From NCBI GenBank assembly GCA_002269645.1, contig NIVC01002898.1, positions 67,196-131,195 of the forward strand: a stretch of 64,000 bases of DNA, in the 5' to 3' direction. Both the position numbers and the translations under genes were made by a program. The notes beneath the pieces were generated by a model. That model was not told where the DNA came from. It made no database searches and worked only from the letters and a program-made list of their open reading frames with translations. Below are positions 10,201-22,562 of the stretch, piece after piece. The DNA is from Macrostomum lignano (taxonomy: Eukaryota). Numbering within the stretch: position 1 is the stretch's first letter; the number at the start of each line of letters is the position of its first letter.

Positions 10201-12750
10201 ATTATGCAATTCAACTTCTGAATTATTCCTTAACCACCTTCAAAAGTACACCAAATCAATACGCATTTCTAAATTAGTTTAGCTCCATGTTTAAGGTGAA
10301 ATTTAGCTTCACCTTTCCTTTTAAAGTATGATTTGCATTAGTAACAACTGGAAAAAAGACAAACATTTATTTATTGAAATAATATTTGACAGAGCTTATA
10401 TTTCATTTGTTTTGTGATTACTATCCCACTTACAGACTGAGGCATCGGTAACCCTTCACTTTTTAGTTCGTCTTGCTTTGCATTTGAGTTGCTTTTAGCG
10501 CACAAATTTTGGTTTGAAATTTTTTACGCGGAGCGTTTGATTTAAATTTAGAAACTTTTTCTGCGCTTAAAATAACAAATAACAACAGATTAGGCGATTT
10601 TATTCCGCAACTAATTGGTTAGTTTAAATGAAACAGATTGATGCATTATTGACATTTTCAATATCATTATAATTGCTGCATTTTTTCTGTTTTGTTGAAG
10701 TTATGTTCGCTTTTTAATTCTACACTTTTGTGCTCTGCTCATGCAGCCTCTTTTTACCATCCTTTTTAATGCCCTCTCCTCAGAGCTAGCCACTCCAATC
10801 TACAGATCTAGCCACTCCAATCTACAGATCTAGCCACTCCAATCTACAGATCTAGCCACTCCAATCTACAAATCTAGCCACTCCAATCCACAGATCTATT
10901 TACTCCAATCTACAGATCTAGCCACTCCAATCTACAGATCTAGCCACTCCAATCTACAGATCTAGCCACTGCAATCTACAGATCTAGCCACTGCAATCTA
11001 CAGATCTAGCCACTTCAATCCACATATCTATCTACTCCAATCTACAGATCTAGCCACTGCAATCTACAGATCTAGCCACTCCAATCCACAGATCTATCCA
11101 CTCCAATCTACAGATCTAGTCACTGCAATCTACAGATCTAGCCACTTCAATCCACATATCTATCTACTCCAATCTACAGATCTAGCCACTCCAATCCACA
11201 GATCTATTTACTCCAATCAACAGATCCATCCGCTCCAATGTAGCCACTTAAGTACCCAGATATAGCCTGATGATTGCTTCACTGTTTCAAACCATCATAA
11301 AACTGTCCGTCACCAGGCCACGCCGGATCTGCAGAGCTCGCTAAACGCTGGTCAGCGCTTACTAGAAGGCGTCTCTTACGCATTCGGCACAGTTAGCGCC
11401 GTAGCTGGCGCCGCTCTCCCCACCCGAGCGGTGGCCGACTACATTTCCGACAGCATCGCTCCGGCTAAATGGGTGCCCAATTCTACCATTAAGGAGTGCA
11501 AAAGATGCCAAACTGATTTGGCTGGCATTGGGGCTCCTAGTAAGCACCACTGCAGAGCTTGCGGCCAGGTGAGTGCGTTGCTTTGAAACTGTCATATTAG
11601 TAATATAAATAATCATATAATTGATGATACCTGTCCCAATAGGGCCAGGTGTGCAACCGACAGCTCAGCCGCAGCTATTGCGCGGCGCATCTGAAGGCTG
11701 CGTACGGCTGTTCAATCCAAGGACGGGGGGGGGTCGCCACACACACCCTCAATTACCCCAGCTAATGCTGGCACCCATTTTACAGCTAGGTGAACTGAAG
11801 CAATGCGGAGTTAAGTGTCTTGCTCAAGGGTACAAATTATTCCGAGTGATTAGGCTACGACTCATGTGTGAATTTCATTCAAACTTACTGGTACCTGCAA
11901 TATCAAGTCACTCCGACCCAATTCAAATCTACACAACACACTCGCTCCAACACACATTTAATTTTGTTTGTTTGCTACATAAGTTACAACTTTTAAACTG
12001 GGGGCTGTGTGCACCCTGGCGCACTTTAAGCGACATTGTCAGGCATTACTGCCAATTCCGCCGACTCCCCTGAGCAGGCACACACTCACAGGAGTGCACA
12101 GCGGCCCTGACGTTAGGCATGTACACCTCACTGTGCCTTAGAAATTGGCCTTCAAGGCCGTTAATTGCGCGAGCAGAGCCAAACCGAGGTTCCAATTTAG
12201 AACCAAAGTTAATGTGACTGCACTTGGAATGGAGCCTGGGCCATCAGGCTAAGCCTCAAAGACTACTAGCATACCGTCCAGAAATCAGGTATACCGGTGT
12301 TTTCTGCATCCGCAGGGATTCTGTGACCCGTGCAGCAGCAGCCGAGTCCCAGTGATTGGCTACGGGCCTGACCCAGTTCGAGTTTGCATCGACTGTGCTG
12401 ATAGATCGCCTGACCAGGGCCCGCTGGTAGCTCCTGACGACGGCACCCGACTCAGACAGTACAGTGAGCTCGTGTCCACCGCCTGCACAGCCGTCATCAC
12501 CGGGGCTGCTGGGGCTATAAAAAGCTACGCCAGGCCGAGCTATTGGCAGCCGGATCACCTGGCTGTACGCTGCGCTGTCTGCCGGACTGAATTCAATCCG
12601 CCAACTGGCTTGCCGGTGCCTCTGCATCATTGCCGGCTCTGCGGTCTTGGCGTTTGCGATGCCTGCTCGCGCGGCCGCGCCCCAGTGCCATCCAGAGGCT
12701 GGGAGAGCAGCGTCAGAGTGTGCGATAAATGCGTCCAATCGGCTGCCTGA
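4254..12750 (+). CDS. ZFYVE1: Zinc finger FYVE domain-containing protein 1 (DFCP1) orthologue: N-terminal Cys/His zinc (B-box-like) region, P-loop NTPase domain, Cys-rich region, two FYVE domains; 891 aa
   Basis: Exons 4254-4834, 5356-5733, 6493-6819, 7492-7837, 9535-9891, 11317-11568, 12316-12750. All introns are GT-AG with consistent phases; total 2676 nt. Motifs: VVSIVGKTGDGKSHTLN (P-loop), LLLDTEGL, LLLKVLAISDIVIYR, EYFTC, RSRQYWYGNQDP, FVHVWP, KHHCRACGQGFCDPC...VRVC, YWQPD...HHCRLCG...VRVCDKC. Confidence 0.94.
4905..5260. repeat. Minisatellite in ZFYVE1 intron 1 (CCCCAGAATC-cored units of about 20-45 bp)
   Basis: Repeated cccctcacatccccagaaccacccctcagat / gagatccccagaatcccgctct units. 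Confidence 0.85.
5790..6445 (+). repeat. 28-bp minisatellite in ZFYVE1 intron 2
   Basis: Unit CTCAGTTGCTGGGCCAGCCTCCCAGAT(T/C), about 23 copies. It explains the overlapping repetitive ORFs 5677-6699, 5795-6478 and 5859-6512. Confidence 0.95.
6930..7270. repeat. 17-bp minisatellite in ZFYVE1 intron 3
   Basis: Unit AACCTAGAGATAATCCC with variants. Confidence 0.93.
8010..8787. repeat. Composite minisatellite in ZFYVE1 intron 4
   Basis: Alternating GGTCATTAAGTAGCCAGGTTATGTTCT / GGTCATTAGTAGCCT / GGCTACCATCT modules. A degenerate unit resumes at 9330 after the inserted element. Confidence 0.93.
8788..9329. mobile_element. 542-bp Mutator-like (MULE) MITE with subterminal tandem repeats, inserted in the intron-4 minisatellite
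   Basis: G-starting imperfect termini (GGGAGTACGAGATTTGCTAGC versus the reverse complement of the right end, GGGTCGATGAAATTTGCTAGC). Oppositely oriented arrays of GCTAGCCGAAAT / ATTTCGGCTAGC at the two ends. 9-bp TSD GCCAGGTTA (8779-8787) / GCCAGGTAA (9330-9338). Confidence 0.65.
10788..11250. repeat. 22-bp minisatellite in ZFYVE1 intron 5
   Basis: Unit TCTACAGATCTAGCCACTCCAA, about 20 copies. Confidence 0.94.
11640..11900 (-). mobile_element. Degenerate SINE with CORE-like central domain in ZFYVE1 intron 6
   Basis: 11774-11834 CCCATTTTACAGctaggtGAACTGAaGCaatgcggaGTTAAGTGtCTTGCtCAAGG aligns to the reverse complement of the MIR/CORE domain as recalled (CCCATTTTACAGATGAGGAAACTGAGGCTCAGAGAGGTTAAGTGACTTGCCCAAGG). 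Outer boundaries are approximate. Confidence 0.5.
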
Positions 12751-13249
12751 TTTTGTTTGTTTTGAAAAAAAGTGAACGATTAATTTTTTAAGTTACAGTT
12801 TGCCTACTAACAAGTAGCAGTAGTAGATTGTTATCTCTTTGCCAGCTAACCATCGAAGACAGTCTGGGCCACTGTACACTCTGTGCTAGTGGGTATGGAA
12901 TGGGCATGACTGACTGCTGACTAACACGTATTGACTTTCCTGTATTGATTTCTTGATGGCATTGGTATATTCCTTGTGTGCCTGAACTGGGTGACTTTGG
13001 TACTTTGCGGAATCTTATAAAGTGTCTGGAGAGTATTTAAGATAAAGGAGTTTTTTTTAACTAAAGATAAAGATAATCTTTCGACTGTATTGGAAATATT
13101 GATAAAAATGTATACTCTTGATACTACTTACTTTAGTTAGTAGTTTACTAGTTTTACTAAATGACGACTAATTCTTACTTAATTATTTTTTTATGATGCA
13201 CAGATTTTTTTAGAATAACTAGATGTGTCAATCACATACAAGATTAAAA

Positions 13250-13870
13250 ATAGTAGAGCGTCTACTCATTTTCAGTAGTTTGTCTGCACTATGTAACTTG
13301 AATTTAATGAGGTAGCTAAAATTTCCTTTCCTTTCTCCTGGGTTTGCGGTTTCAAGAGCATACAAACTTAAGAAATGACAAGCATTTAATTCGATGTACA
13401 CAAGTGAACGCTAGACGGACGAAATTCGGCCTAGGGGGTGGGGGCAGGCCCAATCTAGCTCAGCCAATAAGCGAGCAGTGAGGAGAGAGGTCAAAGTCAG
13501 ACGGACGAAGCCTGGGGAAAGGCCCAATCTAGCTCAGCCAATGAGCGAGCAGTGAGGAGAGAGGTCAAAGTCAGACGGACGAAGCCTGGGGAAAGGCCCA
13601 ATCTAGCTCAGCCAATGAGCGAGCAGTGAGGAGAGAGGTCAAAGTCAGACGGACGAAGCCTGGGGAAAGGCCCAATCTAGCTCAGCCAATGAGCGAGCAC
13701 TAAGGAGGGATGTTAAAGTTGAGCCAAGCGGGCAAGAAGACAGCCAAACTGTTTATCGGTATGGCGGGGGGGGCTGGTGCGCCACCCCTTTTCTCTCTTT
13801 CTTGCTGCTGGACTAGGGTTTTTCAAGTTTTGCTGCAATCTTCAGTCTTAGAGTCGGTAAACCATAATTT
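13250..13870 (+). repeat. Dispersed repeat (LTR-like), copy A, with about 3.4 tandem 74-bp CCAAT-containing units
   Basis: Units start at 13449, 13523, 13597 and 13671. Flanks are homologous to 33820-34525 (e.g. CAAGCATTTAATTCGATGTACACAA; CTTCAGTCT..GAGTCGGTA). Confidence 0.75.
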
Positions 13871-14586
13871 AGCTCGTAACTATCATAGATTAGTGCATGT
13901 TTGCGATTTACTTATCTCGTTAGTTTATTATCTGTGCTATGATGCAACAATCCCAAGCAATTGTATAAAAAATGAGTTTACTATTACAAAATGCGTCTTT
14001 CGCCGTGGCTTGAAAATGTAAATTCAAAAAGCCCGTATTTAAGCAACCTGTTGTTTATAAAGTTTTCGTTTTAAAGAGTTCATAAAAAATTGTTGAATCA
14101 CGTCCTGATATAGTCAGTAGCTTAAAGCTCTTTGATTTCTCTGGAATTTTTGGTTTGTTCAAATCTATCACGCTTTAAATCCTCACTGCACTACTAAACC
14201 GATTCCAGTGGTATTGTCTCCGTTTTTCATCTATTACTCGTATTATCCTGTATTATTATTATCCAGATAAAAGCGCGCGCTTTCAATGAAAAAGGAATAT
14301 TTTAAGAAATTTTCTATCTGCTATCTGTGTGTAGGCTGGTGTGCAGGTGATGTACAAAATATTTGTTTTTGTATTGCAGTGATTTACTGGCTCACTCAAA
14401 AATATTCTCTGTTTTCAAATGGCCTTTTTCATCTTTATAAGTTATCCATTTGTATCGAAAGGATCAAGTTTTTAAGAATTTTTGTTGCCCTTTATTCAGC
14501 AAAACATCATTCTCATCTGTTTTTTAATGCGATTCTATCGCTAATTAACTTTGAAAATGTGTGTGCTTAAACTATAATACTGTGTA

Positions 14587-14805
14587 TCAGGTCATCCGGA
14601 AAGTTCTTGGCTCAAGTTGCTCATAATTTTGGCTGTGTTTCTCTTAATATTTAGAAATTTATTTAGACATTTAGCTGGGCTGGGAGGTGCTTGGTTTTAT
14701 CCCAAAGCAACTTCTCGCCAACTAAAAAAGTTCTCCAACAAAGTGGAGTTAAAATAAAGTTGATCGTTGTGATTTCTTTAGCAGGAACTTTCCGGTTTGC
14801 CCTGA
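14587..14805. mobile_element. 219-bp mariner-type MITE
   Basis: Imperfect TIRs TCAGGTCATCCGGAAAGTTC and GGAACTTTCCGGTTTGCCCTGA, each flanked by TA. Confidence 0.6.
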
Positions 14806-16086
14806 TAGCAATGTTTACTATATTGTGTTTACTATATCATACCGTATGTGTATAGTTTCTGATCAAACTGTATTTTTCATCTGTGACTGTAAAGTTTGCG
14901 TGTAGTTTTCTAGCTACTTTATTATTTTAAAAATATCACTGCTTAACTCTCATTGAGATTTATCTGTTAATCTCAGGATTTTACTACGTATAGATAATTG
15001 ATTCTGCAAGTTTTTGTGACGAATAACTGAAGCCGTACTCATGACAACAGGCACTAATTAGCAATATAGTATCAGATGCACTACTGCTCGTGATGCGAGT
15101 AGTTATATATGTTCCTCTTGAGCTGCGCAGATTATAGTATATTGGATTGTATGAAAAACACTGAGGAATGAATGTACAGATAGCTCAACCTTATGGGACA
15201 TTATGGTAGTTATTACGGGACAGCGATACGAGTACTTGCAAATAGGAACAGCAGATCAACTATTTCGTGGGGTTCCACAGGAAGGATTTGCAACTCAAAA
15301 CTCTTGTCGAGGCAAAGCAACTTTTGCCTTCTGTATACAACCTGGATCCCGCGGTACCAGTTAAGACAGGACTATGAAATAAGGGAGGAAGGAGTGTGGT
15401 GTCCAGGGCCTAGATGTTGCCTTACGCTCGTATAGACCTTAACTATAGACCTCGTATAGAACGTTACGTTCATTCTTCCCGCTCTTCAATTCCCCAGCTG
15501 AAAACAGGGTGAGGCTAGCTTACACGCTGTTAAAGCAACTATTACGTTTGCAAGGCTTTGTGCACTTTTGAGTCATGTATCTAAATGAAAAAGCTGTGAC
15601 TTGTCGTAGATAAAATAGTGATATGCTGTACAAGTGCTACTTACTAAAATACTATAATCTTTTCGGTCCCCATGAAGAATTGTGCAACCTATTTACTGTA
15701 AGTGCTGTAAAAGTAGCACGTGTTTTGATTTTAACAAATTGAAAATCTATATATATGCGTTACTAAATGTGTTTGTTATAACCGCGACAACTATCTGTAG
15801 TTTATGTTACCATTTGTACACTTGAATCAGCTGAAATATATTTTAAAGTGTGCAATATAAAAAATGAAAGCGCATGTTATTATTAAACTCAAAATTGTAT
15901 CGCCTACTAGTTTAGGTAACTTAAAAAATTGCTCGCGAAAGTTTGCGTTTAAATTTTTTACCCTGCACAGGCATATCGATAAGCAGCTTATGCTGGAGTG
16001 GGAGCTGAGGAATTTTAGACGCTGGAATGTGTTGATAATTCGTACAGTGGGTGCCTTGCTCTCTGCGAGTACTACTCGATTGCAGG

Positions 16087-17110
16087 TGTGATAAATAGGC
16101 AATTAGATAATAGCATGCACGGTGAGCAATTATTTAGGCCCTAGACAAACCTACTTGGAGCGTTCGGAGATTTTAAAGCTATTAATCCTAATCGCCTATC
16201 GCCGGTCGGCGAGTTCTACCAGTCTTCTCCAATAGCCGCAGGTACAGTACAAGAAAATAAAGAACACGAGGGAACACAAACCGGAAGATTTAGAGAGTGA
16301 TAATCCTATGTGATACAACTGATAATTGGCTAGACGATTTAATTTGATTATTTCGAGTTACAAGATTCAAGCAATTCGCGACGCAGATAATTAGACTGAT
16401 GATAACGAATAGTAACGATTAATAATAATGATTATATTACGCACTGACAAGCGGATCTCAGCTTGAAGAAGAAGAAGGAGGCACCGAACACAGGACCACG
16501 GAGAAAGACTCCTAACCCCTGGCCTAAGCCAGAACCTACTCTCAAACGAGAGCCCTGCCGAATCGACCGTTCAACGGAGTACCGACTAAATTCTATCGGC
16601 ACTGCCCTTCAGTGTAACACTGAGGCCCTCGGGGTCGAGGCCGCGTACTTGATCAGATCCGACAGTCTCTATCTAACCGTGCTTGATAGCGACGACGTCA
16701 GACAAGGATGCCGAATCGTTCCGCTATAAGACTAAAGCGGTTGGGCGGGGAACAAAACACGGACCGGGGTGATGAATTCAGGCGCCTCAAAGCGCGAACC
16801 AACAAGAGGGGAGAAATCGGGCCACCGGCCGGGAAGCTGGACAAGACAAAACCGGGGAAAGAGAGGAGAGAAGTGAGATCCGATTGCCAGATGATACACT
16901 TTCATATATAGTCAGAGTCACAACCCCTCAAAACCCCCTCAAGCCGGGTGGTGGTCGTCTGGCCGGCCGCTTGCTTAAGCCGATTTGCACTGTGCCCGCG
17001 GCGCCGGGTAGAATTGAAACTTGCCGCGTGCCAGGGTCCAGGCCGGTTCTGATTGGCTGACCGCGCAAAGCTGGGGCTCGCAGAAAAACTCAACCCTCCG
17101 CTGAGTCACA
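16087..17110 (-). mobile_element. Possible solo LTR
   Basis: About 1 kb GC-richer block bounded by TGTGA...TCACA, with CCAAT (17056-17052) and TATATA (16910-16905) in promoter order on the - strand. No TSD found. Confidence 0.4.
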
Positions 17111-18568
17111 AAATTGCGTCTAACTCTAACCTGTTTACGCAAAATTGATTCCAACTAACAAGGAAAAAGTACACAAAAAACGCATGACTAAACTAAAGCA
17201 AAATAACAATTCAATAACAATATAGAAACTAATGCAGTCAATTTACAACAAAATACACGCAAAGATGCTCACACTACACAGGTACCATGGATGAAAAATA
17301 AAAAGGAAAAGAGACATGCAGCTTGTTACGTGTATACATGTATGTCTAAACCTTGAATATCAGTTGGGATTTACGTGGATTTGAATGGAACTCTATTCAA
17401 ATATTATACAATAGCTGCTGCTTGTAACAGTTACAAGCAATTTCTTATCTCAAATTTTTGCCAGAAAATGGCACCGAATTTAACAAAACTATACGAGCGT
17501 AGCATAGTACTCTGCATGTACACCATTTTATATGCTACAGCTAGAGTACACATACACATGAGACTATAAACGGTATTAAAGAAATAGACAAAAGAAATAT
17601 AGCAATAAATTTGGCATTTAAGAATATGAAGTAAGAAAATAAGTAAAAATACAACTTTGTCAGACGATTAATTGAGGGTGAGATGTACATGTAAAGAGTA
17701 ATCTTACGATAATTGAGATTGGGGTGAGATTGCATGAGTAAAGCCAATTAGACAGCTATGCGCATGCCAAATGTTGAGAAAAAATTAAGGATTTTAGGGG
17801 CATGTATTAGTAAAGTCGGAAAGTTAATTTACATTACGATCCGATGTAATATGATCGGAAAACATGTATAATGTCATATTTTCCGATCCGGAGTTTGCCG
17901 TCAGTAGTAAGGTAGTAGCCCATCAAACTCTTAATGGATTTACATTTGTCATGCAGATTGTCGATTTGTCCCAGACAGAATCTCACGGATAGATTATCCT
18001 TAAATTGTGCAAATATCCTCTTGTTTATGTTTTTCACTGTGTGAGATAAAATAAAGACTGCACGAGTGAAGATTCCAATTTTTAAACATTATAGTGGAAT
18101 TTTAGTTACATGTAGTTTGGAGTTGTGACAGAAATTAATTGCCTCTCTCCTGCAATGGTTTTTCTCGAAAGAATTGAAAACAAAATTTCATTGACAAACC
18201 GTAGAGTAAAAGTTTAAGTTGTCTCAATAATACTAATTGGTGTTGGCGATAACTAGCATGACAAAATAGAGATCGCGTATGATCGGCGGCCACGCGTGTA
18301 CGGCAGACTGCCGTTTAAATAAATTTGATTATATTTTAACGTACGTACAGCGGTGTCTGCTACAAAGTTTCATGAACGTCTCAAAAAAACCAGGTAGAGC
18401 TAAATAGGCAGTCAACTTTTTTGATGGTATTTGATTCAGTAGTTTGTTTTATACATGATTTTTGCGCAACTTTTTAAACTGTCTTGCTCTTTCATATTAT
18501 CGAACCAGAATCGTTTTGAAGCTTTTCATATTGTCTGTTCCGTTTTCAGAATCGGTTCCAGAACCCTG

Positions 18569-19390
18569 GGGCCCGTGCTATAGAATACTCTTTAACTCCT
18601 AAATCCTTAAGAGTGTCCTAACTCCTAGCTCCTAGCTGGCTTTTCTGTGCTATAGAATCAAGAGTAAATTTTAAGAGCTAGGAGGCTCCTTAAGGACGTT
18701 AGGTCTTAGGAGACTCCTGGGTGAATTTAGGAGAACTCATTAAGGTCCGTGGCATGCTATAGAATTAGGAGAGGAAGTCTAGGAGCTAGGAGCTAGGATT
18801 TGGCTTTTAGGAATGATTCTAGGAGCGTGTGTCCTATAGAATGAGAAAATTTTGCTCCTAACTCTTGACTACTAAGCAAGAGTTCAAGGGCCAATTTTCA
18901 CTCTTAGACAAGCTAGGATTATAATGTTTTTGGACAGCGAATCGGATTCTGATAAGGAAGGAGTCAATGATAGACGCCGTCGACAATTTTTCCTTTGCTC
19001 TTCATATTTCCCCATACTTTGTCATGGACATATTGCTAGTCCTTTCCTTGCGGAGTTGGGTCAAAGCCAAACTTTTCATGGCATTCCAATATCACGTCTT
19101 GCCACATAGCAATCTTCGCATTCTTGTTATAGTTGTACTAAATGCACTAAAGAGAACCTCTTTGCGTGCAGCGATGGTTCTCACAAATGATATTTTTGAG
19201 CAATTTGCATTTTCACTCCTAAGATTCAATCCTTAAGGACTGTAGTTAGGATTGTGATATAGCACACAACTCTCTATCATCCTTAAACAATTGCACAACA
19301 CTTCTTGAACACACCCCAACTCCTAGGCTGCATTCCTTGCAAGAACTCCTAGCTCCTAACTCCTGACTCCTGATTCTATAGCATGGGCCC
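18569..19390 (+). mobile_element. 822-bp non-autonomous PIF/Harbinger element
   Basis: TIR GGGCCCGTGCTATAGAAT / ATTCTATAGCATGGGCCC (17/18). 3-bp TSD CTG at 18566-18568 and 19391-19393. The CTATAGAAT motif recurs internally (about 18651, 18758, 18834). An acidic/Arg start MFLDSESDSDKEGVNDRRRR may be a transposase N-terminal remnant. Confidence 0.85.
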
Positions 19391-21394
19391 CTGATCCGAT
19401 TTTGGAATTCAGTTCAAGAAATTTTCTCGATCCATTGTCACGTTTACACTTTAACAATAAAATATAGGCCTATTTGAAATTGTCAATTTTTTATTATTGA
19501 TATATTAGTACTCTGTTTTTTTCATAGGCCTATCCAAGACAAAGCAAAGTCAAGGAAAGACAAAATTAAATTATAAAGACTGACAAACATAAAATAGATT
19601 CAAAGCTTTTCATTTTCCTACCAATTCTGGTTCTGGAACCAATGTTCATGAAAAAAAGCCTAAAAGAAGTCAACAAAAGTTACTGCTAAAATACGTGACA
19701 ATACAAGTGCTATTGTAGACTGTTTCTGCCTTATGAAATTGTAATGGTACTAATCTAAAGTCAGACTAAACAGTTTAACTTCGAGCTATAGCCTGTGCCT
19801 TATACCTGCATCTGGCTATATTGTACATACATATTAGATGTCATTGTCATGAGTCGAAGTATCATTTTACCATGTCCTATTTATAACCATATCTAATAAT
19901 AGTAGTAATACCTATCAGTCTAGTAATCAGTCTAGTAATACTTGTATCATACCAGTTTTTAACACAGGCCCATATTTATAATTATAATAGACTAGGGCCT
20001 AGGCCTCCTAATACTAATAGGCCTAGTTTTATTTCTTATACAATCTATCAATCTGATTTAATACAAGGCTTATTACTAGAAATGACAAAATCCTAGTCTT
20101 ACCAATACCAATCCTAGGATTATCAATATCTAATTGGGATATCCTAGTCAAAGATAATCCCAAGACCTGGAATTATTAATCCTAATAATATCCTTGACCT
20201 AAGTATTGTAAAGCCTAATCCCTTGATTCCAAAATTTTTTTTCTCAATCCTGGAATCTCAATAGAGATTTAATAATTAGTAACTACATTAAGACAAAATA
20301 CTAAATCAATAGCAAATGATTTCATGAGCTAACTATACTTGTTGACCTTGTAATGTTCTAACTTTCTTGTGTACTTAATCTAATATTATTTTTTCTTTTG
20401 TATAGTTATATGTTGCTACAAAAAGTCACCTAATGGATTCTGAAAAGTAACAAAAGTATATAAGTATAATTTTATATTAGCATGAAAAAAATGCTTTTTA
20501 GTTTAGGCCTAAGCCTATAAATTTGTGCTAAATCAAAGAAAAATAGAGAATAAGAAGATGAGACTAGGAGGTTTGACTAGAAAGAAAGATTGCTAAAATA
20601 GAAAAAACAGACAAAAAGGAATGAATAAGAGGAGAAAAAGAAATATATATATAAAGGAAAAGACACAAGAGTCAAGACAAAACAATAGTCAATTTGTTAA
20701 TAGTCAATAGTCAATTTGTCATAATGCTCTTAAATTTTGCTGAAGGGCTAAATAGCCACATTAGTTAACTACTTTTGTTCATAATCATATTGTAGCTGAG
20801 AATTAGGCATAAAAGTCAAGGCATTTAGAAAAGATAGAACAAATATTCAAATTGGATAAGCCTATTTGATATTTGAAAAAAAATATGAGTCATATAGAAG
20901 TTTTTATGCATGTCTGCTTAAAAAGACACCTTAGACACACACAAAGAAAGATGCTTTATAAGCTGAGATATTCTATAGCAAATGTTATTACAACATTTCC
21001 CAATATACCAAATACAGTATATAATCATTTTTTAAAAGCCACTACATTGTCACACTTTGCTCTTTCTAAATGAAAATTGCACAACTGTTTTACACAGTTT
21101 TCCTAAGATCATGAGTTTTCTGGATTGCAAACCTTATTTTTACTTAGTTAGCCTAGGCTTAGCTATATTTTAACTATTGTTTTTGATTTTTTGTAATTAT
21201 AATCTTCATTATTTTAGATGCAATTTTTTGTATCGTATGGATATATAGACACTTTAGAGTTAAATAAAACTCGTGTTTCTAATTTCTAACTATAATGAAA
21301 AGAATATATGAAAATTGGCATAGCCATACTACAAGGGAAAGTAAAAAAGTAATGATAATTTTGTTCTCATGGGTGTCAAACTTCAAATGGGAAT

Positions 21395-22562
21395 CTACTT
21401 TTCTATAGAGTCTCCCTTCAAGGTTAGGCACTTCTCCATGTGGTATCGCCATCTTTCTAGACCATACGCGTAGAACTCAGGAGGCTATGCAGCAAGCCAC
21501 TGTATAGTAGCCTTTTTGGCAGCCTCTTTGTCCTCATGTTGGACTCCTTTAATTGCTTCCTTCAGTTTGGGAAACAATAAAAAGTCTGAAAGAGCCAAAT
21601 CAGGGCTAAATAGAGGATGCTGGAGGATTTCTTAGTGGAAATATTGCAGGGCTTCACATCAGAGCCAAGAAGTGTGAGCTGGTGCATTGTTATGGTGAAA
21701 GAGAATCATATAGTGCAGCTTGCCAAGTCACTTTTTGGCTAGTTTGGAGTGGAGCTTTTGCAAAAGCAACTCATATTATGTGGCATTGATGGTCTTCTGG
21801 CTTTCCAAGAAGTCTACCATCACCACTCCCTCAACATCCCAAAAGATGGTCATCAAGACCTTCGCTGCAGACCATTCTGTATAGAACTTCTTGGGGCCCG
21901 CTGAACCTTGTGGCAGCCACTCCTTAGATTGGACCTTGGACTTTAGATTGTACTACTAAAATATCAATGTTTCATCCTTGATCACTAAGCACAGGTAAAA
22001 GTTTCTGAATCAGCATTTAAGCAGTTCAGCAGGTTGATGGCGCATTCAGTGTGCTGAACCCAGTGTTCAAGCAGCAACAGCTGCGGGACCCAGCAGGCAC
22101 TCAGCTTGCTCAGACCAAGACAGTCCATCACAATGGAGTGAGCACTGCCATGAAAGATGCCCACTTGGTCAGCAATATTGTCTATGGTCAAGCGCCAATC
22201 CTGCTTAAGTACAAAGGGTGTTGCAAAAGTTTCCAGACTAATGCTAATCCTGGTGACAATTTGTGTTTGATTTCACTGAAAATTGATGTCTATGGTATTC
22301 AGTCATAGAAAAAAAACTTTTCATAAAATTTTTTGCAACTTAGTCAATCACAGCAATATGCAATGTGGACTTTCCAGACTGCTAGGCATCTTTTATGGAC
22401 CCTTGGCCTTTCTTGAAAGTCTAAATCCAGCAATAAATGGTCATATCTAATGGAGCAGTGTCCCCATAGACCTTCAAAGCGTCATTGATTTTGGCTGGCT
22501 TCCAACCAAGTTTTACAAAAAACTTCACATTTTATGCAAGCTTCAATTTTTTAATTTTCCAT
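21395..22562 (-). mobile_element. Decayed mariner transposase pseudogene, near full length
   Basis: Fragments in order: KFFVKLGWKPAKINDALK-VYGDTAP (N-terminus), LGLSKLSACWVPQLL, VIKDETL (first D), ILFHHNNAPAH (second D mutated to N), HPLFSPDLALSDFLLFPKLK (third D), MEKCLTLKGDSIEK*. Many stops and frameshifts. A + strand mariner TIR-like piece TACAAAGGGTGTTGCAAAAGTTTCC interrupts it at about 22209. Confidence 0.87.

Noticed and set aside
15193-15435. Short protein-like ORFs at about 15.2 kb and other isolated 60-100-aa ORFs in AT-rich intergenic DNA
   Set aside because: No recognisable motifs, splice context or codon bias like the verified exons.
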